A stretch of DNA of 64,000 nt from Felis catus (lineage: Eukaryota): assembly GCF_018350175.1 (NCBI RefSeq), contig NC_058369.1:4838001-4902000 (forward strand), read 5' to 3'. Both the position numbers and the translations under genes were made by a program. The number at the start of each line of letters is the position of its first letter. Position 1 is the first letter of the stretch. Below the pieces are notes generated by a model. The model had not been told where the DNA came from. It searched no databases and saw nothing but the letters and a program-made list of their open reading frames with translations. Below, one piece after another: positions 50,801 through 62,398 of this stretch.

Positions 50801-53800
50801 TTTTGGTTTTTTTTGTTTCAATATATGAAATTTATTGTCAAATTGGTTTCCATATAACACCCAGTGCTCATCCCAAAAGGTGCCCTCCCCAATACCCATC
50901 ACCCACCCTCCCCTCCCTCCCACCCCCCATCAACCCTCAGTTTGTTCTCAGTTTTTAAGAGTTTCTTATGCTTTGGCTCTCTCCCATTCTAACCTCTTTT
51001 TTTTTTTTTCCTTCCCCTCCCCCATGGGTTTCTGTTAAGTTTCTCAGGATCCACATAAGAGTGAAACCATATGGTATCTGTCTTTCTCTGTATGGCTTAT
51101 TTCACTTAGCATCACACTCTCCAGTTCCATCCACCTTGCTACAAAGGGCCATATTTCGTTCTTTCTCATTGCCATGTAGTACTCCACTGTGTATATAAAC
51201 CACAATTTCTTTATCCATTCATCAGTTGATGGACATTTAGGCTCTTTCCATAATTTGGCTATTGTTGAGAGTGCTGCTATAAACATTGGGGTACAAGTGC
51301 CCCTATGCATCAGCACTCCTGTATCCCTTGGGTAAATTCCTAGCAGTGCTATTGCTGGGTCATAGGTAGGTCTATTTTTAATTTTTTGAGGAACCTCCAC
51401 ACTGAATCATTTGCTTTTTAATGTTTCATTGTTATTTCAATGACTTTAACATTACAGGGGAAAATTAACCACTAAACAATTTCAACCATTAAAAAAGACA
51501 CGTAGATGGGGCCTTCATTTGTCCTTTAGCTTCAGGCTCCAATTATGGTTTGACTTGGCATTGTCTCTATTTAAAATTTTGATCTTTTGTGTATCATGGA
51601 TTTTTTGGCATTAATTTGGTTTCCTTACAATATTGCATTAAAACACTGTTGCTCTTATGATCTCACATTTTGCTTGAAAATATAAGGAAAGATGATATGA
51701 GGCTTTTATTTTTATTGAATACTTGATCTCCTATTATATTTGAGAATGTTCATCACTAGGAAAGAGTGAAAATGTAAGTGTTTTGCACTTACTCACCCTA
51801 ATCCTGGCCTTGCTTCTGAACTTGTAGGACTCCCAAGCATCCTAGGCTGGACACTGGACACTCTTGGTGTCTCAGAGTCAGTGTCTCCAACCTGGGTTGA
51901 CAGCATGGGGAGACAGGAGCCTCTCCCAAAGGACAAGGCACTGCAGGTGCCCCAAGGACTCACCACGACCTTCAAGGGTTTCTTGACACCATCCATGAGG
52001 AAACGATTGTAGACCGCAGCCTTGACCTCCACCTCATGTAGACCGACCTTCAGAGGCACGAGGAGAAAAGGCACGGCTATTGAGGACTTGGCTGGGATTT
52101 CCAGAATCTGCTGATACGGTTTCCTTGCGGTGGCCTGGCTGCAGAAGGCTGGGTTGTAGAGCAGGGTCACCCGCACCTGCCAGGGAGAGAGTATCAGTCA
52201 GGGGAGCAGGTGCCACGGCCACCTCCCCCAACCATCCAAGCTCTCCATCACAACTCTGCCCCCACCCCCCGGGAACCCACCTTGAGCTCCCCAACATCCT
52301 GGTAATTGTAGAGCACGGCTCGGATCTCCACTTGCTCATTGCGCACGACAGAGTAGGGTAGCCGCAGGTCGATGAAGAAGTCTTGCATCACCGTGACCTC
52401 ATAGGGGTCAGCCACGCAGATCCCTGCCCAGGAGTGGAGTGTCAAGGGAAGGAGGTGGACAGGCTCTCAGTGCTTACCCCTCACTGCGGGAGCTGTGTCA
52501 AGCTCAGCCTGTGTTTGTGCAAGCCCAGGGGCTAAACAATTGCACAGGTGACACATTACCAATAGTGGTGGCAGCTGGGAGTCACTGTCATGTACGGTTT
52601 CCATTTTCTTCTTGTAGTTTTACTCACAGTTAGGTGTGCAGGGGGAAGGGCTCGAGCACACCCGAAGGGTCCATACCTGGGCTCTCCAAAATGGTAGCCT
52701 GAGCTCTCTCTGGTCCCTGGGCACTTGGAATGTGGCTAGCTCAGAAAACTTTTTTTTTTTAACGTTTATTTATTTTTGAGACAGAGAGAGACAGAGCATG
52801 AATGGGGGAGGGGCAGAGAGAGAGGGAGACACAGAATCGGAAGCAGGTTCCAGGCTCTGAGCCATTAGCCCAGAGCCCAACGCGGGGCTAGAACTCACGG
52901 ACCGCGAGATCGTGACCTGAGCTGAAGTTGGACGCTTAACCGACTGAGCCACCCAGGCGCCCCTGCTCAGAAAACTTTTTAACACATTTTGGAACAATTT
53001 GCATATGCCAACCTACCTTTTCAGCTGTACATTTTGCAAATCCTAAAATACAGATCAAAGTATTTCTAATGAAAGGCTAGGGGTGCTTTTCCACTGACTG
53101 GCTCAGTCAATGGTGGGTGTGATTCTTGATCTGGGGCCATGAGTTCAAGCTCACATGGGGTGTGGAGATGACTTACAAATAAAATTAAAATCTTTAAAAA
53201 AAAAAGATGAGCACCCTCCTTGAGATGCTCTGCAGACATAAAATATGTACTAGATTTCAAAGGCTTAGTACAAACAAAAGCAAAATGCATCTTTCACAAT
53301 TTCGAGATATTAATAGGTTAGTCTTAAATATCAATAGATGATTATTATAACATTATCATTAGAGTGGTGGTGGGTTTTTTCAACATATTTTCCAGCATAT
53401 TTTTTCAACATATTTACCACAAGTTGCAAGAATAACATTGTGGAGATATTTGGTTACAGAAAATGTATGATAAAATGGATGTCACCTCCTCTTTTTTTAT
53501 GGGGCTCCCAGAAAATTTAAAATGACATGCAGCTTGCATCGTATTTCTGGTGGACAGTGCTGACCTACAGGAGTGAAGATGACTGCAAAAGCGATGGTTA
53601 ATTTGTGATTCAACAGCTACTAGGCTGTATTCAAGCACTGAGTTGATGCAAGCAAAATGTGCAAAAGCATTATCATATTGAAATGTTACACTAAAAAAAT
53701 AAATAAAAATAATGTTGCACCAAAGGTGTATTAAAATTTGGGGCACCTGGGTGGCTCAGTCGGTTAAGCATCTGACTCTTAATTTTCACTCGGGTCATGA

Positions 53801-53968
53801 TTTCCGGGTGCCTGAGTTAGAGTCTGGTGTCAGGTTCTGAGCTGATGGCGTGGAGACTGCTAGGGATTCTCTTTCTCTCTCTCTGCCCACGTGCTCTTCC
53901 TCTCCCCCCCCCCCCCCAAATAAACATTTAAAAAAGACAGTTAAGGAAAAGAAATACATAAAAATTTA

Positions 53969-54011
<43 letters not shown>

Positions 54012-57000
54012 ATTTTTCAGCAATGGAAAAAAACCTTGAGCCTTGAAAATCCTTATTTCCTAACCTATGGTCATTATTTCTCATTCTCGCAGGGGTCTGT
54101 TATAGTCATGGGAGGTAGTTACCATTTCTTATCTACCATTCATTTTTACATTTTTAAAAAAGTTTATTTATCTTTGGCCATCTCTACACCCAATGTGGGG
54201 CTCGAACTCACAATCCCAAGATCAGGAGTCACAGGCTTTTCCCACTGAGCCAGCCAGCAGCCCCTGTTTTCACATTCTTTTTTTTTTTTTTAATTTTTTT
54301 TCAACGTTTTTTATTTATTTTTGGGACAGAGAGAGACAGAGCATGAACGGGGGAGGGGCAGAGAGAGAGGGAGACACAGAATCGGAAACAGGCTCCAGGC
54401 TCTGAGCCATCAGCCCAGAGCCTGACGCGGGGCTCGAACTCACGGACCGCAAGATCGTGACCTGGCTGAAGTCGGACGCTTAACCGACTGCGCCACCCAG
54501 GCACCCCTGTTTTCACATTCTTAAAGCCAGATTTAATTTACTCTGGTGGGTGAGAAACCAGCTTTTGCACCACAAACAGGAGGCTACCTCCAGGGAAACA
54601 AAACGGTTCTGTTTTGTTAAACACTGGCCAGCTCACGTTGTGCCTGCAGAAAGCAGACCTGCTCTCTCCTTGCTAATCCAACTCAGTCAAGACCTACAGA
54701 GGAGGTGAGGACATCCTTGCACCAGACTTAGCTCTTCCCTTGAACAAGCTGGAAGGAGCGAGAGAGAACCACACACAGAGTGACCTCTGACCACCATCCG
54801 TGTTACGTTTGAGGCAGAGAAACGCCTACTCTCCGTGACCCTGGAAGGACAGCTACATGTCACCGCATGTTGGTCCAAACCCATGGAAGGCACATCACTG
54901 AAAGGGAACCCTAGCTTTTGACTGCAGTTGATGATAATGTATCAGTGCTGTCCCAGAGATTTTGGCAAAGGTACCACCTAATGCAAAAAAGGGTCAGAGA
55001 CGGGAATTGGGGGGAATTGAGGAGTGAGTGGTAATTCTCAGTTGTTTCTGTAAACCTAAATTGTTTAAGAAAACCCATAAATTAGGGGCCCCTGGGTGGC
55101 TCAGTCGGTTGGGCGTCCGACTTCGGCTCAGGTCATGATCTCACAGTTTGTGGGTTTGAGCCCCATGTCGGGCTCTGTGCTGACAGCTCGGAGCCTGGAG
55201 CCTGCTTCAGGTTCTGTGTCTCCTTCTCTCTGCCCCTCGCCACCCCCGCATGCACTCTGTCTCTGTCTCAAAAACAAATAAATATTAAATAAAATTAAGA
55301 AAACCCATTAACTAAAAAAATATCAACCAGGGCACCTGAGTGGTTCAGTTGGTTACACATCTGACTCTTGTTCTCAGCTCAAGGTCATGATCTCATGGTT
55401 CATGAGTTCGAGCCCTGCATTGGGCCCTGTACAGCCGACAGTGCACAGCCTGCTCTCTCTGCCTCTATCTTCCCCTCCCTCACACATACTGCCTCTCTCT
55501 CTCTCAAAATAAATAAATAAGCTTAAAAATATAATCGTACCTGGTAAGACAACAGTATTGAGAAGATGTCACAAGGGTACAGAGAGCAGAATAGAAAAAC
55601 CATAGGGCCCTTTAAGATGCTGCCCCCATCACTCCCAGGGGGGCATTGGGCAACTTCTGGGGATATTTTGGGGACATGTTACAACGGGGCTGGGGGTGCT
55701 CCTGAAGTCTTGTAGGTAGAGGCCGCGAATGCCGCTCAACATCCGATATTGCACAGAGAACCTTCCACAGAGAACCACCCAGCCCTGAACAACATCAGTG
55801 ATGAGGTGCAGAGACCCTGGTGCAGGACAGGCCTTCCCCAACCTCCAGACCCAAACAACCCCCCACTCCCCGACCCGTGGGTCATGTTAAATGCAGGTTC
55901 TGATTCAGCAGGTCAGGAGTGGGGTCCAAGATTCTGAATTTCTACAACCCCCCAGGGAAAGCACCTTTGCCAGATTGCTAGTGATTCAGGGAGCAGGCTT
56001 TCAGAAGCAGGGATCTAAACTGTGCCTTTCAACTTTCTCTTTTCAAGCTGCAAGAACCTTTCTTATTTCAAGGAAACCTCACGCAGGCCCTCCATATGCG
56101 AACAGGGACAACGAGGAGACAGGAAGATGCTCTGATCTGAAACGCGGGAGGAGCCACCAACCAGAAGTGTGCTGAGCTGTTACTGGAGCTCCAGACGAAA
56201 GGAAAAGTATGTGCCCCATGAATGCATGCACCACCCTCCCTCGGTCAGGAGAAACTGCCAATTTCAGTTCCCTCAGTTAAAACAAGACCAGCAAAGACGC
56301 AGGTTTTGAACATCTTGAAGCCAGGAAAGGGAAGTGATAATAATGTGTAATGTATTATGAATGGTAACAAAACAAAATTATTAAACACGTGGGTGTGGCA
56401 TGAATGAGATATTCATGCCTCCTGTCCTGAGTCTTCACATGTCCTTTTTAATGTTTCAATATTTTTTTCAACTACTTTAATGCTCAGGGAAAAAATTAAC
56501 CTTTACAATGTACCTAAATCATGGGGCGCCTCATTGGCCCAGTCACTTAAGCCTCTGACTTTGGCTCAGGTCATGACATCACAGGTTTGTGGGTTCGAGC
56601 CCTGCGTTGAGCTCTGTGCTGACAGCTTAGCACCTGGAGCCTGCTTTGGATTCTGTGTCTCCCTCTCTCTGCCCCTCCCCCACTCGTGCTCTCTCTGTCT
56701 CTCAAAAATAAATAAATATATATTAAAACCCCCCACAAAATGTACCTAAATCAAGTACAGGGGGCAGGGGGCACACCTTTTCCCTCTTGCCTCAAACTCC
56801 AATATGGTTCGGAGTGGTGCTGGCTTCTATTTACAATGGAGATATTTTGTTCATCATTGATTTTTTTTTTTGGATTCACATTGATTTTTTCAAAATCATC
56901 ACATGAAAATATTACTCATCTGGTCTTAAAGTTATTGCCTCTCTCTCCTCATCCTGCTCTCAGGCCCGCCTGAGATCATCACATTAGACCAGGGCTTGCC

Positions 57001-57963
57001 AGCTCCCTGCAGTGAGTCCCCCACCCCCTGGGATACCTTTTACCCAAGATTCACAATCCGACTGTCTGTGTTCCAATCATGCATTTCATCCTGCTTCCTC
57101 TTCTATATTTTCTTAATCACTTTACCCATTATCCTGTCAACATGTCAACATCACCCCTTAAGGGTGTTTTTTTTGTTGCAAATTATTCTAGAGCCTGTGC
57201 ATGTCAACATGGGGGAGATTGTATGTCAGGGGTGGGTGGAATGGAGGTATGTGGGAACTCTTTGTATCTTCCCTTCAATTTTGCTGTGAACCTAAAACTT
57301 TTCTCAAAAGAAAATTTATTTACAAAAAGCACTATGTTCCCACAGAATAGGATCTGACACTCCTCTAGTCACCTGGGAGCAGAGTGTCAGACACCAAGAA
57401 ACAGGGGATCTCTCTGGATGGGATGAGAAAATGCCCAGTGTCCCTGGGGTCTCTGCCTGCTGAGCATGGGGGCACCAACTTCACTCACCTTTCTTGTCTG
57501 ACAAGCTCACGGCCAGAATCTCCCAGGTGGTGATGGAGTCTTTCAAAAATATATTTATGGTCTTTGTGGAGATTCTGGATGGAGGAGAAGTGGGGGTATT
57601 AAAAAGAGGCAGGTGTCAGGGGTACGGGGGAAGCTGGTGTGGATGGGTCCCAAGGGGCAATTTGGAGGGATGGGTGGAGGCTGGGCACATGGAGGGGGCC
57701 TGACTCTTGATTTCCTTTCTAGGCTGGGTTGTGGAGTTGCACAGTGATTCCAGAAAAGAGGTGCATAGAGTACATACAAATGAAGTGGTCCAGTCTGGGC
57801 TGCCATAGGAGCTGGCCTGGGGTTGGGTTAAGGTGGGGGGTGTCTCAGCCTTACCCATCTTTCGCAGGTTCATTGAGATCCTCCATGCGCCATAGCCAGC
57901 TCTCAGGGAACTGGCTTCGGGAAATGATGTCTTCTTCCGGGATTATATCCTCATCCAAGTCAC
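35694..57963 (-). CDS. C3: Complement C3 or C3-like paralog, exons 18-41 (entire alpha' chain, 915 aa; 5' part outside window)
   Basis: 24 exons with valid splice sites sum to 2747 nt, plus 1 nt from exon 17 = 916 codons, from [12 protein letters not shown] to VVFGCPN*. No frameshift or stop. Thioester GCGEQ and factor I sites (LPSR/SS, LQR/SAE) present. Catalytic His replaced by Ser, so one-to-one orthology with canonical C3 is uncertain. Confidence 0.93.
35931..36066 (-). CDS. C3: C3 exon 40
   Basis: [44 protein letters not shown]; 136 nt, AG/GT. Confidence 0.95.
36158..36241 (-). CDS. C3: C3 exon 39
   Basis: [27 protein letters not shown]; 84 nt. Confidence 0.95.
36799..36882 (-). CDS. 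C3: C3 exon 38
   Basis: [27 protein letters not shown]; 84 nt. Confidence 0.95.
37059..37148 (-). CDS. C3: C3 exon 37
   Basis: [29 protein letters not shown]; 90 nt. Confidence 0.95.
37347..37452 (-). CDS. C3: C3 exon 36
   Basis: [35 protein letters not shown]; 106 nt using the proximal acceptor. Confidence 0.93.
37440..37582. repeat. 49-bp tandem repeat (3 copies) spanning the exon 36 splice acceptor
   Basis: The motif gtc(a/g)tgtgagatctggggggaaggaggaggctgg recurs three times; minus-strand CAG acceptors at 37453-37455, 37502-37504 and 37551-37553. Confidence 0.95.
37855..38070 (+). mobile_element. Can-SINE (diverged)
   Basis: ggtcatgatctcatgggtttgtgactttgagccccacattgggctctg...ctcaaaataaataaacatt. 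Confidence 0.75.
39209..39298 (-). CDS. C3: C3 exon 35
   Basis: [30 protein letters not shown]; 90 nt. Confidence 0.95.
39380..39467 (-). CDS. C3: C3 exon 34
   Basis: [29 protein letters not shown]; 88 nt. Confidence 0.95.
40759..40810 (-). CDS. C3: C3 exon 33
   Basis: [16 protein letters not shown]; 52 nt. Confidence 0.93.
40928..41018 (-). CDS. C3: C3 exon 32
   Basis: [30 protein letters not shown]; 91 nt. Confidence 0.95.
41135..41194 (-). CDS. C3: C3 exon 31
   Basis: [20 protein letters not shown]; 60 nt. Confidence 0.95.
41338..41496 (-). CDS. C3: C3 exon 30 (C3f region, factor I sites)
   Basis: [53 protein letters not shown]; 159 nt. Confidence 0.95.
41883..42108 (+). mobile_element. 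SINEC_Fc SINE in C3 intron 29
   Basis: Consensus body; TSD aaaaggaatgaa. Confidence 0.9.
42574..42737 (-). CDS. C3: C3 exon 29 (GC donor)
   Basis: [54 protein letters not shown]; 164 nt; donor CAG/GCAAGT. Confidence 0.93.
43294..43492 (+). mobile_element. Can-SINE in C3 intron 28
   Basis: gggacacctgggtggctcagtcggtggagc...caaaataaatgaacatt plus poly-A. Confidence 0.85.
44405..44561 (-). CDS. C3: C3 exon 28
   Basis: [52 protein letters not shown]; 157 nt. Confidence 0.95.
44790..45535. mobile_element. MER63-like (hAT-Blackjack) DNA transposon remnants
   Basis: Terminal-like motifs cagtggtgttttggtaa, cagcaccccactg and cccagcacact; internal gccaatttcaagctaccaac-type motif present twice. Family assigned from memory. 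Confidence 0.45.
46718..46816 (-). CDS. C3: C3 exon 27
   Basis: [33 protein letters not shown]; 99 nt. Confidence 0.95.
47728..47887 (-). CDS. C3: C3 exon 26 (catalytic-residue exon; His replaced by Ser)
   Basis: [53 protein letters not shown]; 160 nt; GTAAG donor. Confidence 0.95.
48175..48250 (-). CDS. C3: C3 exon 25
   Basis: [24 protein letters not shown](W); 76 nt. Confidence 0.95.
48687..48890 (-). CDS. C3: C3 exon 24 (thioester GCGEQ)
   Basis: [72 protein letters not shown] at 48802-48816; 204 nt. Confidence 0.97.
49644..49730 (-). CDS. C3: C3 exon 23
   Basis: [28 protein letters not shown]; 87 nt. Confidence 0.95.
49839..49905 (-). CDS. C3: C3 exon 22
   Basis: [22 protein letters not shown]; 67 nt. 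Confidence 0.95.
50760..51403 (-). mobile_element. 5'-truncated young felid L1 (ORF2 C-terminus, 3' UTR, poly-A) in C3 intron 21
   Basis: ORF 51044-51400 gives [12 protein letters not shown]...[40 protein letters not shown]...[13 protein letters not shown]; poly-T at the left end; flanked by an aatcattt repeat. Confidence 0.92.
51964..52176 (-). CDS. C3: C3 exon 21
   Basis: [71 protein letters not shown]; 213 nt. Confidence 0.95.
52281..52423 (-). CDS. C3: C3 exon 20
   Basis: [47 protein letters not shown]; 143 nt. Confidence 0.96.
52750..52963 (-). mobile_element. SINEC_Fc SINE in C3 intron 19
   Basis: Reverse SINE; TSD gctcagaaaactttt. Confidence 0.92.
53740..53935 (+). mobile_element. 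Can-SINE (older)
   Basis: ggggcacctgggtggctcagtcggttaagcatctgactctt head, CT-rich body, aaataaacattt tail. Confidence 0.8.
53970..54007 (+). repeat. (TA)n microsatellite
   Basis: About 19 TA units. Confidence 0.95.
54277..54507 (-). mobile_element. Young SINEC_Fc SINE
   Basis: Near-consensus reverse copy; TSD tgttttcacattctt; adjacent to an older reverse SINE at about 54150-54265. Confidence 0.92.
55085..55525 (+). mobile_element. Two adjacent Can-SINEs
   Basis: Heads at 55085 and about 55329; the first has TSD taagaaaacccat. Confidence 0.85.
55630..55820 (+). mobile_element. MER20-like hAT remnant
   Basis: gggggcattgggcaacttctggggatattttgg...gtagaggccgcgaatgccgctcaacatcc...gaggtgcagagaccctg. 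Family assigned from memory. Confidence 0.55.
56523..56720 (+). mobile_element. Can-SINE
   Basis: SINE body; TSD-like aatgtacctaaatca on both sides. Confidence 0.85.
57489..57574 (-). CDS. C3: C3 exon 19
   Basis: [28 protein letters not shown]; 86 nt. Confidence 0.95.
57855..57963 (-). CDS. C3: C3 exon 18 (alpha' N-terminus)
   Basis: [36 protein letters not shown]; 109 nt; CAG acceptor and GTAAG donor. Confidence 0.95.
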
Positions 57964-60126
57964 CTGGGAGGCACGGGTGAGGAGAGGGCATTATGGGTTT
58001 AGAACACACCCATTCTCCACTGTCCCCAGAGATACTTATCTCTACACATCTCTGGATTAACTTTATAGTTAATAAACTTTATAGTTTATTTGATTTTCTT
58101 CCTTATCTTTTTTTTATGCCCCTTTCATTTTTCTCTTTGCATGGGAATCAGGCTCCTGTCACCTTTCCTTTTTCCAGGGTTCCTTCAACGAACAAATGAA
58201 AACACACCTGGTGGAAGGTCCAAACCATCACCACCATGAGCAGTGTGATAGAATAGCCAAATATGCAACAGAGTGCATGATCACACTCCACAAGCACTCT
58301 GGAAGTCCCAGGACCTGGGCAGTGTATGACCTATTCTTAATATAGTAGGACTTACAGGTGCAAGACACATAACAACCTATTAAAATATGTAAAAATCAGA
58401 AACCTAGCCAAAATGATGAAATGGAAGAATTCTCCTCAAAAGAAATTCCAGGATGAAATGACAGCCAGAGAACTTCTCAAAACAGATCTAAACAATATAT
58501 CTGGACAATAATTTAGAAAAACCATCATACGACTGATAGCTGGGCTTGAAAAAAGTATAGAAGACAGCAAAGAATCTATTGCTGAAGAGATCAAAGACCT
58601 ATGAAATAATCAAGAAGAATTAAGAAATGTTGTAAATGAGATGCAAAATAACCCAGCTGCAGTGACAGCAAGGATGGAAGAAGTCGAAGAGAGAATAAGT
58701 GAAATAGAAGATAAAACTATGGAAAATGATGAAACTAAAAACAGGAGGGCAAGGATATTATTAGACCATGAGGGGAGAATTAGAGACCTAAGTGATTCCT
58801 TGAAATGAAATAAATCTGTATCATAGGTGTTCCAGAAGAAGAAGAGAGAGAAAGGGTCAGAAGGTTTATTTGAACAAATTATAGCTGAGAACTTCCTTCA
58901 TTTGGGGAGGAAACAGGCATCCAAGTGCAAGAGGTACAGAGAACTCCCTTCAAAATCAAGATAAACAGGCCAATACCATGACATATCGTAGTGAAAGTGG
59001 AAAAATACAAAGATAAAGAGAGAATTCTGAAAGCAGCTAGGGAAAAAATAGGTCTTAACCTACAAGGGTAGACACAGAAAGGTAGTAGCAGACCTGTCCA
59101 CTGAAACTTGGCAGGCCAGAAGGGAGTGGCAGGAAATATTCAATGTGCTGAATAGGAAAAATATGCAGCCAAGAATCTTTTATCTGGCAAGGCTGTCATT
59201 AAGAATAAAAGGAGAGATAAAGGCTTTCCCAAACAAAAACTGAAGGAGTTTGTGACATCTAAGCCAGCCCTGCAGGAGAGCCTAAGTGGGACTCTGTGAG
59301 TGGAAAGCAGCAAAGACTACAAGGGACTAAGACATCACCATAAGTGCAAAACCTGTAGATAACACAATGACACTAAATCCATCTCCTTCAATAATCACTC
59401 TGAATGTAAATTGACTAAACGCCTCAATCAAAAGACATAGGGTATCAGAATGGATAAAGAAACAAGATCCATCTATATGTTGCCAACAAGAGATTCATTT
59501 TAGACCTGAGGACACCTGTAGATTGAACGTGAGGTGATGGAGAACCATCTGTCATGCTATGGGACATCAAAAGAAAGCTGGAGTAGCCATACTTGTATCA
59601 GACAAGCTATATTTTAAAACAAACACTGTAACAAGAGATGAAGTAGGCCATTATATCATAAACGAGGGGTCCATTATCAAGAAGAGCTAACCATTGTAAA
59701 TATTTATGTCCCCAACATGGAACACCCAGGCTTATAAATCAATTAATCACAAACATAAATAAACATGTAGATAATACTGTTGTTCTGGAGGGGACTTTAA
59801 TACTCCACTTGCAGCAATGGAAAGATCATCTAGGCAGAAAATCAATAAGGAAACAATGGCTCTGAACAACACATTGGACCAGATGGACTTAACATATATT
59901 CAGAACTTTTCATTCAAAAGCAGAATACACATTCTTCTTGAAGGCACATGGAACATTCTTGAAAATAGATTACACACTGGGTCACAAAACAGCTCTCAAC
60001 AAGTACAAAAGGATTGTAATCATACCATGCACATTTTCAGATCACAACACTGTGAAACTTGAAATCAACCACAATAAAAAATTTGGAAAGCCCCCAAATG
60101 CATCGACGTTAAAGAACATCCTACTA

Positions 60127-60349
60127 GGGGCGCCTGGGTGGCTCGGTTGGTTGAGCGTCCGACTTCGGCTCAGGTCATGATCTCACGGTCCGTGAGTTCG
60201 AGCCCCACATCGGGCTCTGTGCTGACAGCTCAGAGCCTGGAGCCTGTTTCAGATTCTGTGTCTCCCTCTCTCTCTGCCCCTCCCCGGTTCATGCTCTGTC
60301 TCTCTCTGTCTCAAAAATAAATAAACGTTAAAAATAAAAAAAAAAAAAA
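60127..60349 (+). mobile_element. SINEC_Fc SINE nested in L1 ORF2
   Basis: TSD aaagaacatcctacta. Confidence 0.92.
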
Positions 60350-62182
60350 GAACATCCTACTAAAACATAAAGGGGTAAACTGGGATATTAAAGAAGAAAT
60401 TAAAAAATGTATGGAAGCAGATGAAAATGAAAACATGACAGTCCAAACCCTTTGGGATGCAGCAAAGGCAGTTCTAAGAGGACAACACATTGCAATTCAC
60501 ACCAATCTCAAGAAGCAAGAAAGGTCCCACATACATAACCTAACCTCACATCTAAAGGAACTAGAAAGGCAGCAGCAAAGAAAGCCCAAGACCAGCAGCA
60601 GGAGAGAAATAATAAAGATAAGAGCAGAAGTAAACAATATAGAATCCAAAAAAAACAAAAACAAAACAGAACAGATCAATGAATCTAAGAGTTGGTTTTG
60701 TGAAAGAATAAATAAAATTGATAACCTCTTAGCCAGGGTTCTTAAAAATAAAAGCGAGAGGACCCCAACAGATAAAATCATGAATGAAAGAGGAGAGATC
60801 ACAACCAGCGCCACAGAAATACAAACAATTATTCAAGAATACAATGAAAAATGATATGCCAACAAACTGGAAAATTTTGAAGAAATGGACAAATTCCTAG
60901 ACACCCACACACTACCCAAACTGAAAATGGAATAAATAGAAAATTTGAATGGACCCATAACCAGTGAAGGAATTGAATTGGTTTTGAAAAATCTACCAAC
61001 AAATAGGAGTCCTGGGCCAGACAGTTTTCCAGGGTAATTCTACAAGACATTTAAAGCAAGAGTTCATACCTATTCTTCTGAGGCTGTTCCAAAAACGGAA
61101 ATGGAAGGAAAGCTTCCAGACTCATTCTATGAAGCCAACATTACCTTGATTGCCAAACCAAACAAAGACCCCACTATAAAGGAGAATTACAGGGCAATAT
61201 CCCTGATGAACATGGATGCAAATATTCTCAACAAACTGAGATACTAGCAAATCGAATTCAACAGTATAATAAAGGAATCCTTCACCATGATCAATTGGGA
61301 TTCATTCCTGGGCTACAGTGCTGGGTCAATATTGGCAAATCAATCAATGTGATACACCACATTAATAGAAGAAAAGATAAGAACCATATGATCCTGTCAA
61401 TAAATGTAGAAAAAAAGCATTTAACAAAGTACAGCATCCATTCTTAATAAAAACAATCAAGATCATTGGGGTAGAAGGAACATACCTTATCATCAAAGCC
61501 ATATGAAAGGCCCACAGCTAATATCATCCTCAATGGGGAAAAACAGAGCTTTCCCCCTGAGATCATGAACATGACAGGGGTGTGCACTCTCACCACTGTT
61601 GTTAAATGTGGTGTTGGGTGTCGTAGACTCAGCAATCAGACAACAAAATGAAATAGAACTCATCCAAATTGGCAAAGAAGAAGTCAGACTTTCACTCTTC
61701 ACAGATGACACGATACTCTACTTGGAAAACCCGAAAGACTCCACCAAAAATTGCTAGAACTGATCCATGAATTCAGTAAGGTTGCAGGATACAAAATAAA
61801 TGTACTGAAATAGGTTACATTTCTCTACACCAATAAGGGAACAACAGAAAGAGATATCAAGGAATAAATACCATTTACAATAAAATACCTAGAAATAAAC
61901 CCAACCAGATCTTTTACCTAAAAGATCTGTACGCTGAAACCTATACAAAGCTTATGAATGAAATTGAAGACACAAAGAAATGGAAAAACATTCCATGCTC
62001 AAGGATTTGAAGAACAAATATTGTTAAAAGGTTGATACTACCTAAAGCAATGTACACATTCAGTGCAATCTCAATGAAAATAGCACCAGCATTCTTCACA
62101 GAGCTAGAACAAACAATCCTAAATTTTTTATGAAACCACAAAAGACTCTGAATAGCCAAAGTAACGTTGAAAAAGAAAACCA

Positions 62183-62398
62183 GGGGCACCTGGGTGTCTC
62201 AGTTCAGTTAAGCTTTTGACTTCAGCTCAGGTCATGATCTCGTGGTCTGTGAGTTCGAGCCCCACATTGGTCTCTGTGCTGACACCTCAGAGCCTGGAGC
62301 CTGTTTCAGATTCTGTGTCTCCCTCTCTCTCTGACCCTCCCCCGTTCATGCTCTCTCTCTCTCTGTCTCAAAAATAAATAAACGTTAAAAAAAAAAAA
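62183..62398 (+). mobile_element. SINEC_Fc SINE nested in L1 ORF2
   Basis: TSD aaaagaaaacca. Confidence 0.9.

Noticed and set aside
35694..57963. Possibility that the His-less gene is C4, C5, A2M or a pseudogene
   Set aside because: Exon sizes, alpha' length, factor I sites, the VVFGCPN terminus and TNFSF14 synteny are all C3-type, and there are no disabling lesions in 24 exons.
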